This document shows, one piece after another, positions 11,030 to 22,239 of a stretch of 64,000 nt of DNA. The notes under the pieces are model-generated. The model searched no databases. It was not told the origin of the DNA and worked only from the letters and a program-made list of their open reading frames with translations. Each line of letters opens with the position of its first letter. The first letter of the stretch is position 1. The position numbers and the translations under genes were made by a program. This DNA is from Balanoglossus misakiensis (taxonomy: Eukaryota > Animalia > Hemichordata). Location: NCBI GenBank assembly GCA_040954595.2, contig CM082586.2, forward strand, positions 867,630-931,629, in the 5' to 3' direction.

Positions 11030-13145
11030 ATGAAGCAATCGATAAAGATCTTCACCAAGCTCGAATCATTCAAATATGCACAAAATGAAGTTAAAGCGCT
11101 GGTCACTGATATATTTGAAGAAGAAATACGAAAGGGACAAATGACCGTGGAGAGCTATTCAGAAACAGAAAGCTCAGAAAAAGGCAGTTCGAATGGAAGT
11201 GATTGCACACACGGAGACAATGTAACTGAAACCGTATTCGTTGTATTGGATGCAAGACAAACTCGTGTGCTCATTACACCGCGGCGAAAAGACCCTGCAG
11301 TTGACCACTGGGATGAGCTGCGCAGACTGTCAGATGTCACAAATCCAAAAGGTAACTACAATGAAAACAGATTGAGTCGCACAGATGGACTGACCACTGA
11401 ATATGTATTCATCTGTCCAGAACATACAATGAAGCAAAGTGATTGTATAAATTGTTGCCAGTCTCATTTGATAAAAAACATTTTTGTATGAATTCTTCCA
11501 TGTGTTGACACAAGGAAAGAAAAAGGGCTGTGTGTTATCGGGTGATACATTCTATCATTATATGAGTCCATTACAGTCTAGATCTCAGGTGGGATTTTCA
11601 CTTTCGCTTTGAATTGGATTGGCGAACAAAGTGTTTCTTTTTTACTGTCTTGTTCGAAAAAATGGTCAGTACATTCCTTCTGTGCAGATCAAACTGATTT
11701 CATTGTAAACATATTTGTAAAGAATGATTTCACTTTGCACTGAAACAAAGGCGATATTGCTTCCTCAGGCAAATCGACACAAAAAACTTGACCATGCAAC
11801 ATCCGTCTTTATTTCAGGGTCAATTATGGTCATTATATATGGAGACGAAACCTCAAAAGATCTTAAGGATGATGTTATCATAGATGACAAATGGAACAGA
11901 GTATTCCAGTTCAATGATGAGCACTCCCCATACTCATTGTTGAATGGCAGATGCTTTTCTATGTGGCAGAAGTTCACTGAACACCAGAAGAAGACACTTC
12001 AAAATTACATGCATACCATTGCACTGTTTCCTTCGATGGAGGAAGTTGGAAATGTCCTGGTTGTTGGCAACAGTGACCAACTGGAATCATTCAGACAATA
12101 TATAGGACGACATCCTTTCCTGCACGTGCGCAATGGCGACCACCAAGACATGAAAGTTGACGAACTGTTTGTGCCTTCGTACGTCGAAGCAGCGACAGGG
12201 CCACCCCTTGTCAGGTTGTACCACTGCAATACAGTGAATGACGAGCCCATTAAGCTGTGCGATCGAGAACACGAGGCACTCCAGGATCAAGGATTCTATG
12301 AAGATAACGACATGTGGGAGAAGATGGGCGAGTGGTTGATGCTACGTTCTGCTGGTCGCCTTGTTGAAGAGCAGACATACATCATCGTCAACAAACTGGT
12401 GAAGATAGTGTGGCATTACCTCTCCAGTATATACAAGCATCTTTATAATATTCAGGTTGCCTTGGGATACGCCTTGCCTATGTTCGACCGAGTCATTCTT
12501 ATCAGTCATGATTGCGATTCGTGTTTTAAGGAGATCTACGAAAACAAAGAATGGGTGGACGGCTGTACGAGACAGTGTTTAGGTACAGTAGTCTTTTTTT
12601 AATCTCGCCAAACGGTATCTCTGGTAAGTCTAACTTTTTGCTATCTCGTTTCAGTAGTTTCCTCCCATGTATTCAAGATTGCTTTATAACGTGTTTGGTG
12701 ACTGTCTTTATTATCTCAATAAAGCCAGTCTATGAGTAACTGCCATGAGTGTTATTGATTACAAAGAAATTCAAAATCTGTGTTTACTATTTCGATTTCA
12801 GAATACCGAAATATCCACACGACTTCGCGACTTGACATTTTGCCCGTAGCAGTCGAAAAAACTCCAAAATCAATGGAAGAGAAAAGAATAATGGTAAAAA
12901 TCATGAAGAATTTCATCATGGAGGATCCCAGAAAAAGTTTCGGCGATATGGCCACTTTGCTGGGAAAACACAAGGATGACGATGACTGGATTCAGAAAAT
13001 GTACGTCTTGTATCTTTGCCATGCAGGATTTCAAAATGTCGATCACGACGAAGGTAGGATTTATGTGGGAATTATTTTTGCAAATCGTGATTATCAGCAC
13101 AAGATCACATTTGGTGATGTAACTATAGGTATTTTTTGTCAATGA
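11030..13145 (+). CDS. Family paralogue P2 (~476 aa), no clear C-terminal TM
   Basis: Exons 11030-11351, 11818-12582 and 12802-13145 with phase-1 introns. Motifs TKLESF, VVLDARQTRVLITPRRKDPAVDHWDEL, GSIMVIIYGD and SHDCDSCF. Confidence 0.85.
11591..11610. promoter_or_regulatory. Overlapping kB-like and ISRE element in P2 intron 1
   Basis: GGGATTTTCACTTTCGCTTT. The 16-mer TTTTCACTTTCGCTTT also occurs at 29787 and 34324. Confidence 0.55.
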
Positions 13146-15255
13146 CAATATTTTCGTTATTATTATTTCAAGTTTTCGAAATTCTGGATGAAACGGTAAA
13201 CGAAGAGCCTCTCCTCCAACCAAGTACTGCAAGTAAGTTGAATGTTATTTTAGTATACATACGTACTATCTTTTAAAATGTTTTCAGTAAAATGTAAGAA
13301 GTGAAAGCGCTTGCTAAATATTAACGAAATAAATAATTTCCCCAATTGCAGCGCCGGCGATGATCAAAAGGGCAGTTGAAGAAGCGATTGGAGACGATGA
13401 TTCAAGTGCCAGAGGTAATTTCAATCTGACAAAATCATTTTACTAATCACTGTGGCTTTATGTAAGGTTTAAAGCCCCAATAGCTGCCAACATCTCAGAA
13501 TATCTCCAACCAGATATTGTGAAAACGATGCCTGTAGGTCACAGAGTATTGCTCGAGCTCGTCTGGTTTATTGAATATATGATACAAGTTGCGTATTCAT
13601 GCCATTGGGACTTTTAATGATGTTCGTCTTATACTATTGATTACAGACATTCCTGAATAGGACTCTGATGGCCAGGACCTCCTTCGTGTTGGAAGTATCG
13701 ACGTTTATCAAACACAGACTTTGAAACTAATTGTTTCTTTCTGAATTGTATTTTGCGTTTCGGGATTGCCATTTGCTTGCATGGTTTTAAACTAGATGTT
13801 CGTTCAGTTAGAGATAAAAGAAACAACGCGAAAATATTCTGTCTGATTGGTTGATTGATTGATTGATTTTGAACAGAAACGAAGTTTCTCTGGAAATTGC
13901 ACGTTTCACATTTTTCGTCCAATTATAATGACAGCTTGTTTTGCTTTTTAAAATCTGTTGTCCTAATTCGATGTGCCCACATCACTTCACATTATTATTA
14001 AGAATTCATCACCTCTTATTCTTTATATTCAGCAGGACTCAACTTCGGTTATATTGCAAAATGTAACATAAATACGAATGTATCAATGTGATTTTGAATA
14101 TCACAATCACCTTCAAATAAAACATTCATATATTCAGAAATATAGTTTTGTATGATTTACTTGTATAAAGGTTAACAAACTATAACTCGAGACTGCACAT
14201 TGTGTGTCATTGTTTAATGTGTGTACCCGTTATCAAGGAAGCGTCGACCAAGGACTGACGTCGGCCATGAAACAAAAGCCAATTGATACATGTACAATTA
14301 ATCAAACTGTTTATCTCGCATCTGACAATGAGAAGCTTGAGGAGATGATCCACTTTAATGCAGAGTTGGTTAATGTATTACTTGTGCAAAATAATGTCCA
14401 ATCGTTTTGTACATATTGCATACTATAGACATGACAAGAATATCACACACATCAAACCAGCAAAGGCTGGAAACCCTTTACTGTAAACACAGTCTTCGCA
14501 GGGCTTTTAACGATCACGTGATGCACTGTTGCACTTTGCCCTCGACTGGTCCATTCAGACAAACATATCCAGCAAGTCGACAATACTGAGTTTGCGTTAT
14601 AAAGCGTTGCTTCCTGTTGAGTCGCCTAAATAAGGTTGGTTGGTCACTTAATTGTCGTAAAGACAGAAATAATGGTGTATACGATCAGACTATGCATGGT
14701 ACATGTATACCCGTGTAAGGGTACGATCAAGACCTTGAATATTTCACTACTTTCGTTTTAGCATTTAGACATCATAGTGCGCCGTCGTCTGCGTACGCTG
14801 CTGACTACAGAAAATGGTTCTAGGTCAAGAGGACAAAATGGTAGACTTAATTTGAAATAATTAACCTCAAACATTATATCGCTTGAAAATATTTGTATCC
14901 TGGTACGGAATGTCATAATCAAGCTTTCAAAAATCCAAGATTGGAAATAAACTGCTTTTAGCATGTTTAGAGGGGCGGATGAATCAATCACTTGCAAATG
15001 AAATGCGGTTCTTGCTGTGAACATCAGCGCCCTCTTGCGTACACAGTGGACCGGGTCAGAGGTTATCGCTTTAAAATGGCGTTCTTTTCCATGGTTCTTT
15101 GTCGTGGCTTTTTTGCATGTTCCCCAGACACCCTTTCCGAGTCTGCTAACATTAAACAAAAAAGGTGAAAAGACAGGTTGACGCGGTGACTTCCCAGTGA
15201 CACGCGGGATGATCAGAACCAATTCCTTGTTTGGCCTTATGCACCCATAACACAT

Positions 15256-15272
15256 AAAGCGAAAGCGAAAGC
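15256..15272. promoter_or_regulatory. ISRE-like element upstream of the P3 start codon
   Basis: AAAGCGAAAGCGAAAGC, ~55 bp before the ATG at 15328. Confidence 0.6.
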
Positions 15273-15327
15273 ACTGAACAGTGGATTTGCATGATGATTT
15301 TTTATCTCCACTTCAGAAACGACAGCC

Positions 15328-17582
15328 ATGCATAAAAATAAAGTGTTGGTTTACCACAAATTGGCATCCTTCGGTGCTGCTGCGAAGGCGGTGAAGTCAT
15401 TGCTTCAAGAGATGGAGATGCAGGACGTTGTTGTTGAGGATTACAACAACACATCCAAAGTCTTGACTGACAGAGCATCGACTTCCGTTGTTGTCGTCAT
15501 CGACGCAAGGCAAACACGCACACTGATAACTCCAGAACGCCGTGACGCAAATGTGGACCATTGGGCGGAATTGGAAATGATATCAGAAGAAGTCACAGGT
15601 AAGCTGAGTCACCAGAATGAAGGAACTACACTTCTCATGGGGTCGAAAAAAGTTACCAGCGGATACACACCGATACAGGCAATTGCATTCAATGTTCACC
15701 GTGTTCTTCTTTTTCAGATTCAATCTTGTTAGTTGTGTATGGCGACGGCAAGTCGAAAAACCTGGATGACAACACAACTGTGGGCGGACATTGGCTCACC
15801 ACCTGGAAGTATAATGATCCTATCGCCCATCACCTTGGGGAGAGAAAGAGGTGTTTTTCTATCGAGAATTCATTCAATGGTTTTCAGAAAGCTCATCTTG
15901 AAGAGTTCATCCGCCTTGGTCCACTAACGCCGAAGACAGAAGGAGAGTCAAACGTGATTCAGTTTGGTGATGCTGGTGATTCTATCGACAGACTGATTCA
16001 TGATCATCCCTTCGTCACTGAAATACAAGGGAACGAAAACGTCGGTGACACGTTGGCCACGAAGAAATTCGGGTCACTGTGTTTCAAACGTTCCACCAAG
16101 TCCACTCAGCAAACGGCAAGACTATGCGTCGCCAAAAGGTTCCCCCCGATTCACGTTTGCCAGACACAGGACCCTATAAACTCCATTGAACGACAGCTGT
16201 CAGCTAAGATCCTGAAAACCTACGGGATAACCAAGACGGATTCTTCTTGTCGTAGCCGCAGTCGACAGGAAGACTCTCTGTTTGACCGCGCCATCCTAAC
16301 GTGCCACTGCGCCACATGTTACCAAATAGTCGCAGAGAACCGTGCAATGGTTACACACATACTGAAGAATGAATTAGGTGAGTGAAACTACGGACTTAAA
16401 TTACGGTTAAATTCACCTTGAAAGTGGTCATAGGTCATAACCCGTGGATCACAAATTGTCTGTAACTTTGTTCTAATAATTTAACAGATGCAGTTGGTAT
16501 CACTTTGAACGGAGACGCCTTTCCATGGCTTGCAAACGACCAAGAGTCTGTCTCCAAAACCATGGAGGAGCAAATCCCGACTATAAATACAAGAAACAAT
16601 ACAGCTCTTACTGAAGGTCTGAAGATGATCTCTCCAGAGAAAAAAGTGAAGTTATATATATGGCACGTACTTTTCTACTGGTCTCATCCACGTGATCGTC
16701 CAACCAATCTTCCGGATTATATGGCGGATCTTGTATTCAAAATGCTGAATAAGATACGTGTAAACAAAAAGATATTAACAGCGTTGTTGGTAGTGATAGT
16801 TATCAGCATATTGTACTGCAGATATAAGCCACTGGGTAAGTACAGAGCATATAGCTTAATTGCGATGAATAAAGGTAGAAATGAAGTATATCTTTGCCAA
16901 TTTACGACGTTGATACATCTGTCTATGGTCGTACAAATGTTCCAGCTGAGAGTAGCTCCATTGCTTTATTTTGGGTCTGGGTTCGAATGACGTAAATACA
17001 AGTCGATGTGATTTAACTCATTTGTCGATCACACTTTTTTTTCTCTCAAGATGTACCTAGTGCTCCTGGACAACCGGTTGTAATCGAGGGGAAATTCAAA
17101 GAATCAAGTGTGAAGCTTCAGTGGACACCGCCAAAGTCTGATGGTGGCAGCCCTGTGGTGTCTTACAACATCCAGAAGCTTGTCGGTAAAGATGGCCATT
17201 GGGTCAACGCCATGAAGAGTAATCTTCCCATAGCTGAAGTGGCAGGCATAACACAAGGCGCTGAGTATCAGTTCAGAGTTGCTGCTGAAAACGTCATTGG
17301 TATTGGTCCATTCAGTCAACCGAGCCAACCATACATTGCAAAGGGTAAGTGAAGTTTCATCAGATTGTACCAAGTGCTCTCGGAAAACCAGTTCCCGGAA
17401 GTTACACACCGAGGAGTCCAATTTTAAGCCAATCAGAAATATCTGCAAGTTCTGTGTCTCTGGGGATTGTGGGGTGAGTTAATTAAAACCTGGAGACCAA
17501 GCCTGACACAATTATCATTATTTCTATTGTTTCAGATACTGCAGAAGGTCATGTAAGTCAACAGATGGCTGCAGGTGGCTGA
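15328..17582 (+). CDS. Family paralogue P3 (~539 aa) with TM and C-terminal fibronectin type III domain
   Basis: Exons 15328-15598, 15718-16377, 16488-16835, 17051-17344 and 17536-17582, all phase 1. Family motifs and CHCATC are present. TM ILTALLVVIVISILY. FN3 reads DVPSAPGQP...LQWTPPKSDGGSPVVSY...YQFRVAAENVIGIGPFS. The last small exon is less certain. Confidence 0.85.
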
Positions 17583-19096
17583 TAGGATGTGAAGAACGAC
17601 TCAAGAATACTTTGCAAGTGCCTCATAACCTAAATATAATTAAAATACCATTGGGCGGTCCAGTAGGGGTGCCCATATTTGCTGCACTAATAGAACTGTA
17701 GTGTTATGAAAAGAACGAATTATGTATTTGGGGTCACATGTGTAGTCCATCAATTTGATGCTTATATATTCGACGCAAAAGAATCACTGGTCGCAAATAG
17801 GCCACCTGCAAATAATTTTCATGACCCCTGCATGACCTTTCATCCTCGTACTTCCGGTGTTGTTGAATCCATTAGTCTGATGAAAAACTATAATTGCAGT
17901 TGTATAGTCAATCACGTACTGAATTATCAAAGAGACTATTTTCAAGCAATATTTTACACAATTCTTGTAGCAAAATGATTTTTCTGTAGAATAGAGAAAA
18001 TGCATGAAGATATTTTTAAAACTCTCGATGACCCTCGAACAGTGTCATGGGGAAAAGAAATTACATTGGTAATTATGGTGGCAATTACTGGGATTTTATT
18101 ATGCTTATTTTCTGTGTTGTTTGGCGTGGAGAGGGACGTTCAAATAAAAATGTTGGGCTTACTTGTTATTTTGTATGCGATATCCGTCCTGTCGGACATG
18201 CCAGCAAAAGTAATCTTCATAGGTTTGTTTAGGCTCGAAGGTCACTGCGACAATATTGCAGCCTTTTTCAGCTAAATACTAAAACTATTTAAAACTGTTT
18301 TTGTCGTATGACCTTCATGCAATTATGTCAATGGATGACAACAGGCGTGCGATATACCTATACAATATCTCAAATGATCTATGATAGACCTTGCTACAGA
18401 TGTGCAGTTGATGAAGGTTTTACATGACAATAAGCGGAATTAAAATTAGCATATTTCACTACTATAAATGTAGCCCCTTTTGTTATAGCCCCTCTCGCTG
18501 GCTTTCGGTCATTCAACCAGATATATGGGTTGTACATCATTCTTTTTGTAACTTTTAACTGCTTGAATCAGCCGCTACAGTGCATCACGTGATGGCACCA
18601 TCTGCTCATCTATTTTGGGTTTCGCTCATTTAGATGTTTCCAGATTTCTCAGAATGACGACTAGCTCTCAAAACTTTCTCCTTTGGCAACATTCTAATTT
18701 AAGAAATGTGTTGCACGAAAAGATTACTAAGACTAGTTTCGTAGCTTCAACACAATTTTTACTACGGGCGATTCAGCTAAATTTGAACGGGCAAAACCAG
18801 AAATAAATGAGCGGGTGTTTGCCAGCGTGATCACGACGAATTCAAATTCAGTCAACTCAAAGTCGTGTTGACGGGCATGCGCAACATCGAATCACATTCT
18901 GTACAAATGACACCGGTTTCATAAAGACAACACGCCGTTGACAACGCCCCAATAGTATATTAAATGGCTAATTTTAACACATGCAAGCTGCTGCATGGTC
19001 TAAAGTTACAGTCAGATTGGACATTTGGCGATACAGCAGCACTGCGCAACGACTGTGAACACCAGCAAAGAAGAACACACAACCAAACTCTCCAAA

Positions 19097-21412
19097 ATGC
19101 ATGAAAATGAAGGCAAGTGGTATTTTTGTTGGGAGAGTGGATTGAAAGGATATCACGATTTGATATTATTCAATTTAAAGATAGTTTCATATAATCAGTG
19201 TATTGTTTTTATTCGAAGAAACCAAACGTCGCAATCCCGTTTGCGTAAACAACACTTAAAGCGAGTCTGCTTGTGATTTGGACTAACTTACAATCAAATG
19301 CCAAACTTTCTGGATAAGGTTTAAGTGTCAAGTTGAACTACAACGAATAGACACACGACGGAGTAATCTGTATTGATTTGACACACAAGTACCACGGAAT
19401 ACACGACTTGCATGCGCAGTTCATCATCAAAGAGGCTGCTCGATTAAGCAATTTTGAGCAGGTGTATACTTTCCTCTTCCTAGGCGCTCTGGCCAAAACA
19501 AGGCAGACGGTTTGCATTCACGTCAAACCAGAACTGTACGACACTGTCGGCAGAAGTGTTTACGAGCTACTGCAACCTCACCTGGAGCACGAGAACATGA
19601 ACATCGTGTTCAAAAAGGACTGCCATAAGGATGAGAAACTTATCGACCCGGTCACCATCATAATGGTTGTTGATGCTTCGTCTGATGAAGGACCCTCAGA
19701 GGCTAGAGAAGAGGTTGTCATGGTAGCGGAGAAGCTAGCCGCGCTGGAAAAGGAAGCTGTGCCAAAAGGTACGTCACTGACCGATTTTTAATCCCGCCCA
19801 GTCACGGTTGACAGTTTGACAAGAATTTTTCTGTGCATAATTCAGCACTGACCAGCTGTATAATTGGACTATTTACAATAACAATAGCAAGAGTGGGCAC
19901 CAAGGTCTCAGTTGCGAGCTTAGTTTGTTCTGTGTTGCTCAATCCGTTTTCATTGCAGAAGACAGCTTTTCAAAAAAATATTTTGCTTTGAACTACAGGT
20001 TCCATATTGGTCATCATCTATGGAGACGAATTGTCTAAAAACCTTGGCGAGGATGAATGGGTCGCTGATGACTGGATGAAGGCCTGGGAACAGCAAGACC
20101 CAGCTGCCTACGATTTGGCCATGAAAGGAAGATGTTTCAGCGTGTGGGACAGCCTCAACGAGACACAAACTAGCAAGCTGTGTCAGTATTTCACCGATAT
20201 CCCCAAAACCCTTGACGTGGTGCAAGTGGTCCGTACCTTGACAATTGGTGACACCGGCAAGCAACAGGTCTCCACCGCGCTCGACAAGCACCCGCTGCTG
20301 AAGAGGCTCTTCACGGACGAAGCGGAAACACGTGTCGAGTATTCTTATTTCCACTTCCCCCAAGCCACAGGCAGGGAACCCAGGCTCAGAATAGAGTACA
20401 ACGTCGCTATTCCGCCGCTGAAGGTGTGTGAAAGCGAAAACATCGCCGTCTCGCTGGAAGAACAACTTGCAGAAATGTTCACCACCAAATATGGCACTAA
20501 CACACGCAGCATCATCTCCGGTCAATATACAAAGATCCGTTATGAGCACGTGCTGTTGGCATGTCACTGTGAAGAGTGCTTCAACATTCTCGCAGAAAAC
20601 AAGGAGCAAGTTTCTTTAAAATTGAGTAAGTCTATTCTCATATTACATCTCTCTCTCTCTCTCTGCCCATCTATTTATCCATCTATCCCTATCTCTGTTG
20701 ACGGAACGCAATTTGGGTTATTCTTTCTCAATTAATTAAACTTGGCAAAATCTCTTATTACAACTAATCTTTTTCTCTTTCAGGGAAAGTGGGAATCTTC
20801 CCCATAATTGATTCAGAGCCACTTATTGATGAAAGCAAGGCCGACATGGTAGCTGATAAGACCCTGCAGTATGTCAACGACGTAAGACAGAACACCGGCC
20901 AACGCCCAATAGAAGAGTCAGAGATGAGTGGAAAGGGTCTGTTAGAGGCGTACATATACCACACGTGTCAGAATGCACAGCCGTTCAGCAAAACACGCAG
21001 CAAAGCCATTCCTATAGCGGTGGGGTTGGCTTGCGTCCTACTGGCAGGCACGTTGGCCGGAACGCTAACAACTGTGAACAAGCCGAAGATTCCTGAGCCG
21101 GGGGACCCTGGGTATCAGCAAAGTCCAAACGGTCAGGGAGGTCAAGGCGATGAGGGAGGTCAAGGTGACCAGGGCGATGAGGGAGAAGAGACCGATCAAG
21201 GATATCAGGGACTCTCCACTCCGTCAACAAAGACAGAGACAACAACAAACCTCGATGTAATCGTGCACGCCACTGACGAAACCATGACAACGCCTCCCAC
21301 CGAGAAACCAGACCACCATGATCACGTCTACACCACGCCGCCGACACTGACCAACTTCACTAATATTACTGAACCAAATACTACACTTGTACCGACACCC
21401 TCAATGCAGTGA
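19097..21412 (+). CDS. Family paralogue P4 (~518 aa): signature motif lost; TM, Gly-X-Y repeats and Thr-rich stalk
   Basis: Exons 19097-19112 (GC donor, tentative), 19484-19768, 19999-20625 and 20784-21412. GSILVIIYGD and CHCEECF are kept but RQTR/DHWxEL are replaced. TM AIPIAVGLACVLLAGTLAGTL. Confidence 0.8.
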
Positions 21413-22073
21413 ACTGCCGCACCTGTTACCTCTTGTAAATGAAAGTAAACATGAAGTTATCATTGTTGGGTTGAGTTGGGCATATCAACCCTTCATCAGA
21501 AGGACGAAAGCCATATACCACATGATTGTCAATTATTTAATAGTATAATACTAGTATGTTAATTAATCATAAACTACTGGAAAGAGATCAGTACGGAAAT
21601 TCTTAAATGTCAAAGGTCTCCTTAAAACAAAACAACGGTATAAGAGGAAGTACATAGTTTTCATATGAAAGCAATAAGCTGCATTATTTAGATGTTTTAA
21701 AAACCATCTGTTGGTTTAGTTCATGGTAATATGTTTATGATATAAAAGTGCATATTTAAGTGTATTCAAACATATATGTAGGCATGCATTATACTAATGT
21801 ATCACCATTAAATGGAAATAAAGAGTACAAAAATGCACCATGACCAAATACATAAATATCGTGACACAAATTGACACGGAGAAGAACGTCAGGTATTCTA
21901 TGTAGCCTTGATTATCACAGGAAGGTAAAAAAGGCGACGTTGTCCTGATTTATACGTTTAGTTTCGATTCATTTGTTAGTTTAAAGCAATGACCAGTACG
22001 TCACGATATCGTTCAATAGATTGAACTCTGACCTTACGAATGCTGGATTAAAAATAACAGTGTCTGGTGTGAG

Positions 22074-22097
22074 GAAACGAAACGAAACGAAACGAAC
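22074..22097. promoter_or_regulatory. Multimerised IRF-type element (GAAAC)n upstream of P5
   Basis: GAAACGAAACGAAACGAAACGAAC lies ~145 bp before the ATG at 22240. It could also be a simple pentanucleotide repeat. Confidence 0.55.
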
Positions 22098-22239
22098 ATC
22101 AACACCTGCTGCAGTTGTCGTAGGCAATTACCCACAAGGCTACAGACAAACGCCACTGAACTGAACCGAAGACAAAAGTCAGTACAACTGATATTCAGCG
22201 TGACAAGCTTGAATGCACTACAGAGTGACAGGCGAGTCT

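Noticed and set aside
17051-17344. Fragment of a titin or twitchin gene
   Set aside because: It is a single isolated FN3 exon in phase with P3, with no other Ig or FN3 exons nearby.
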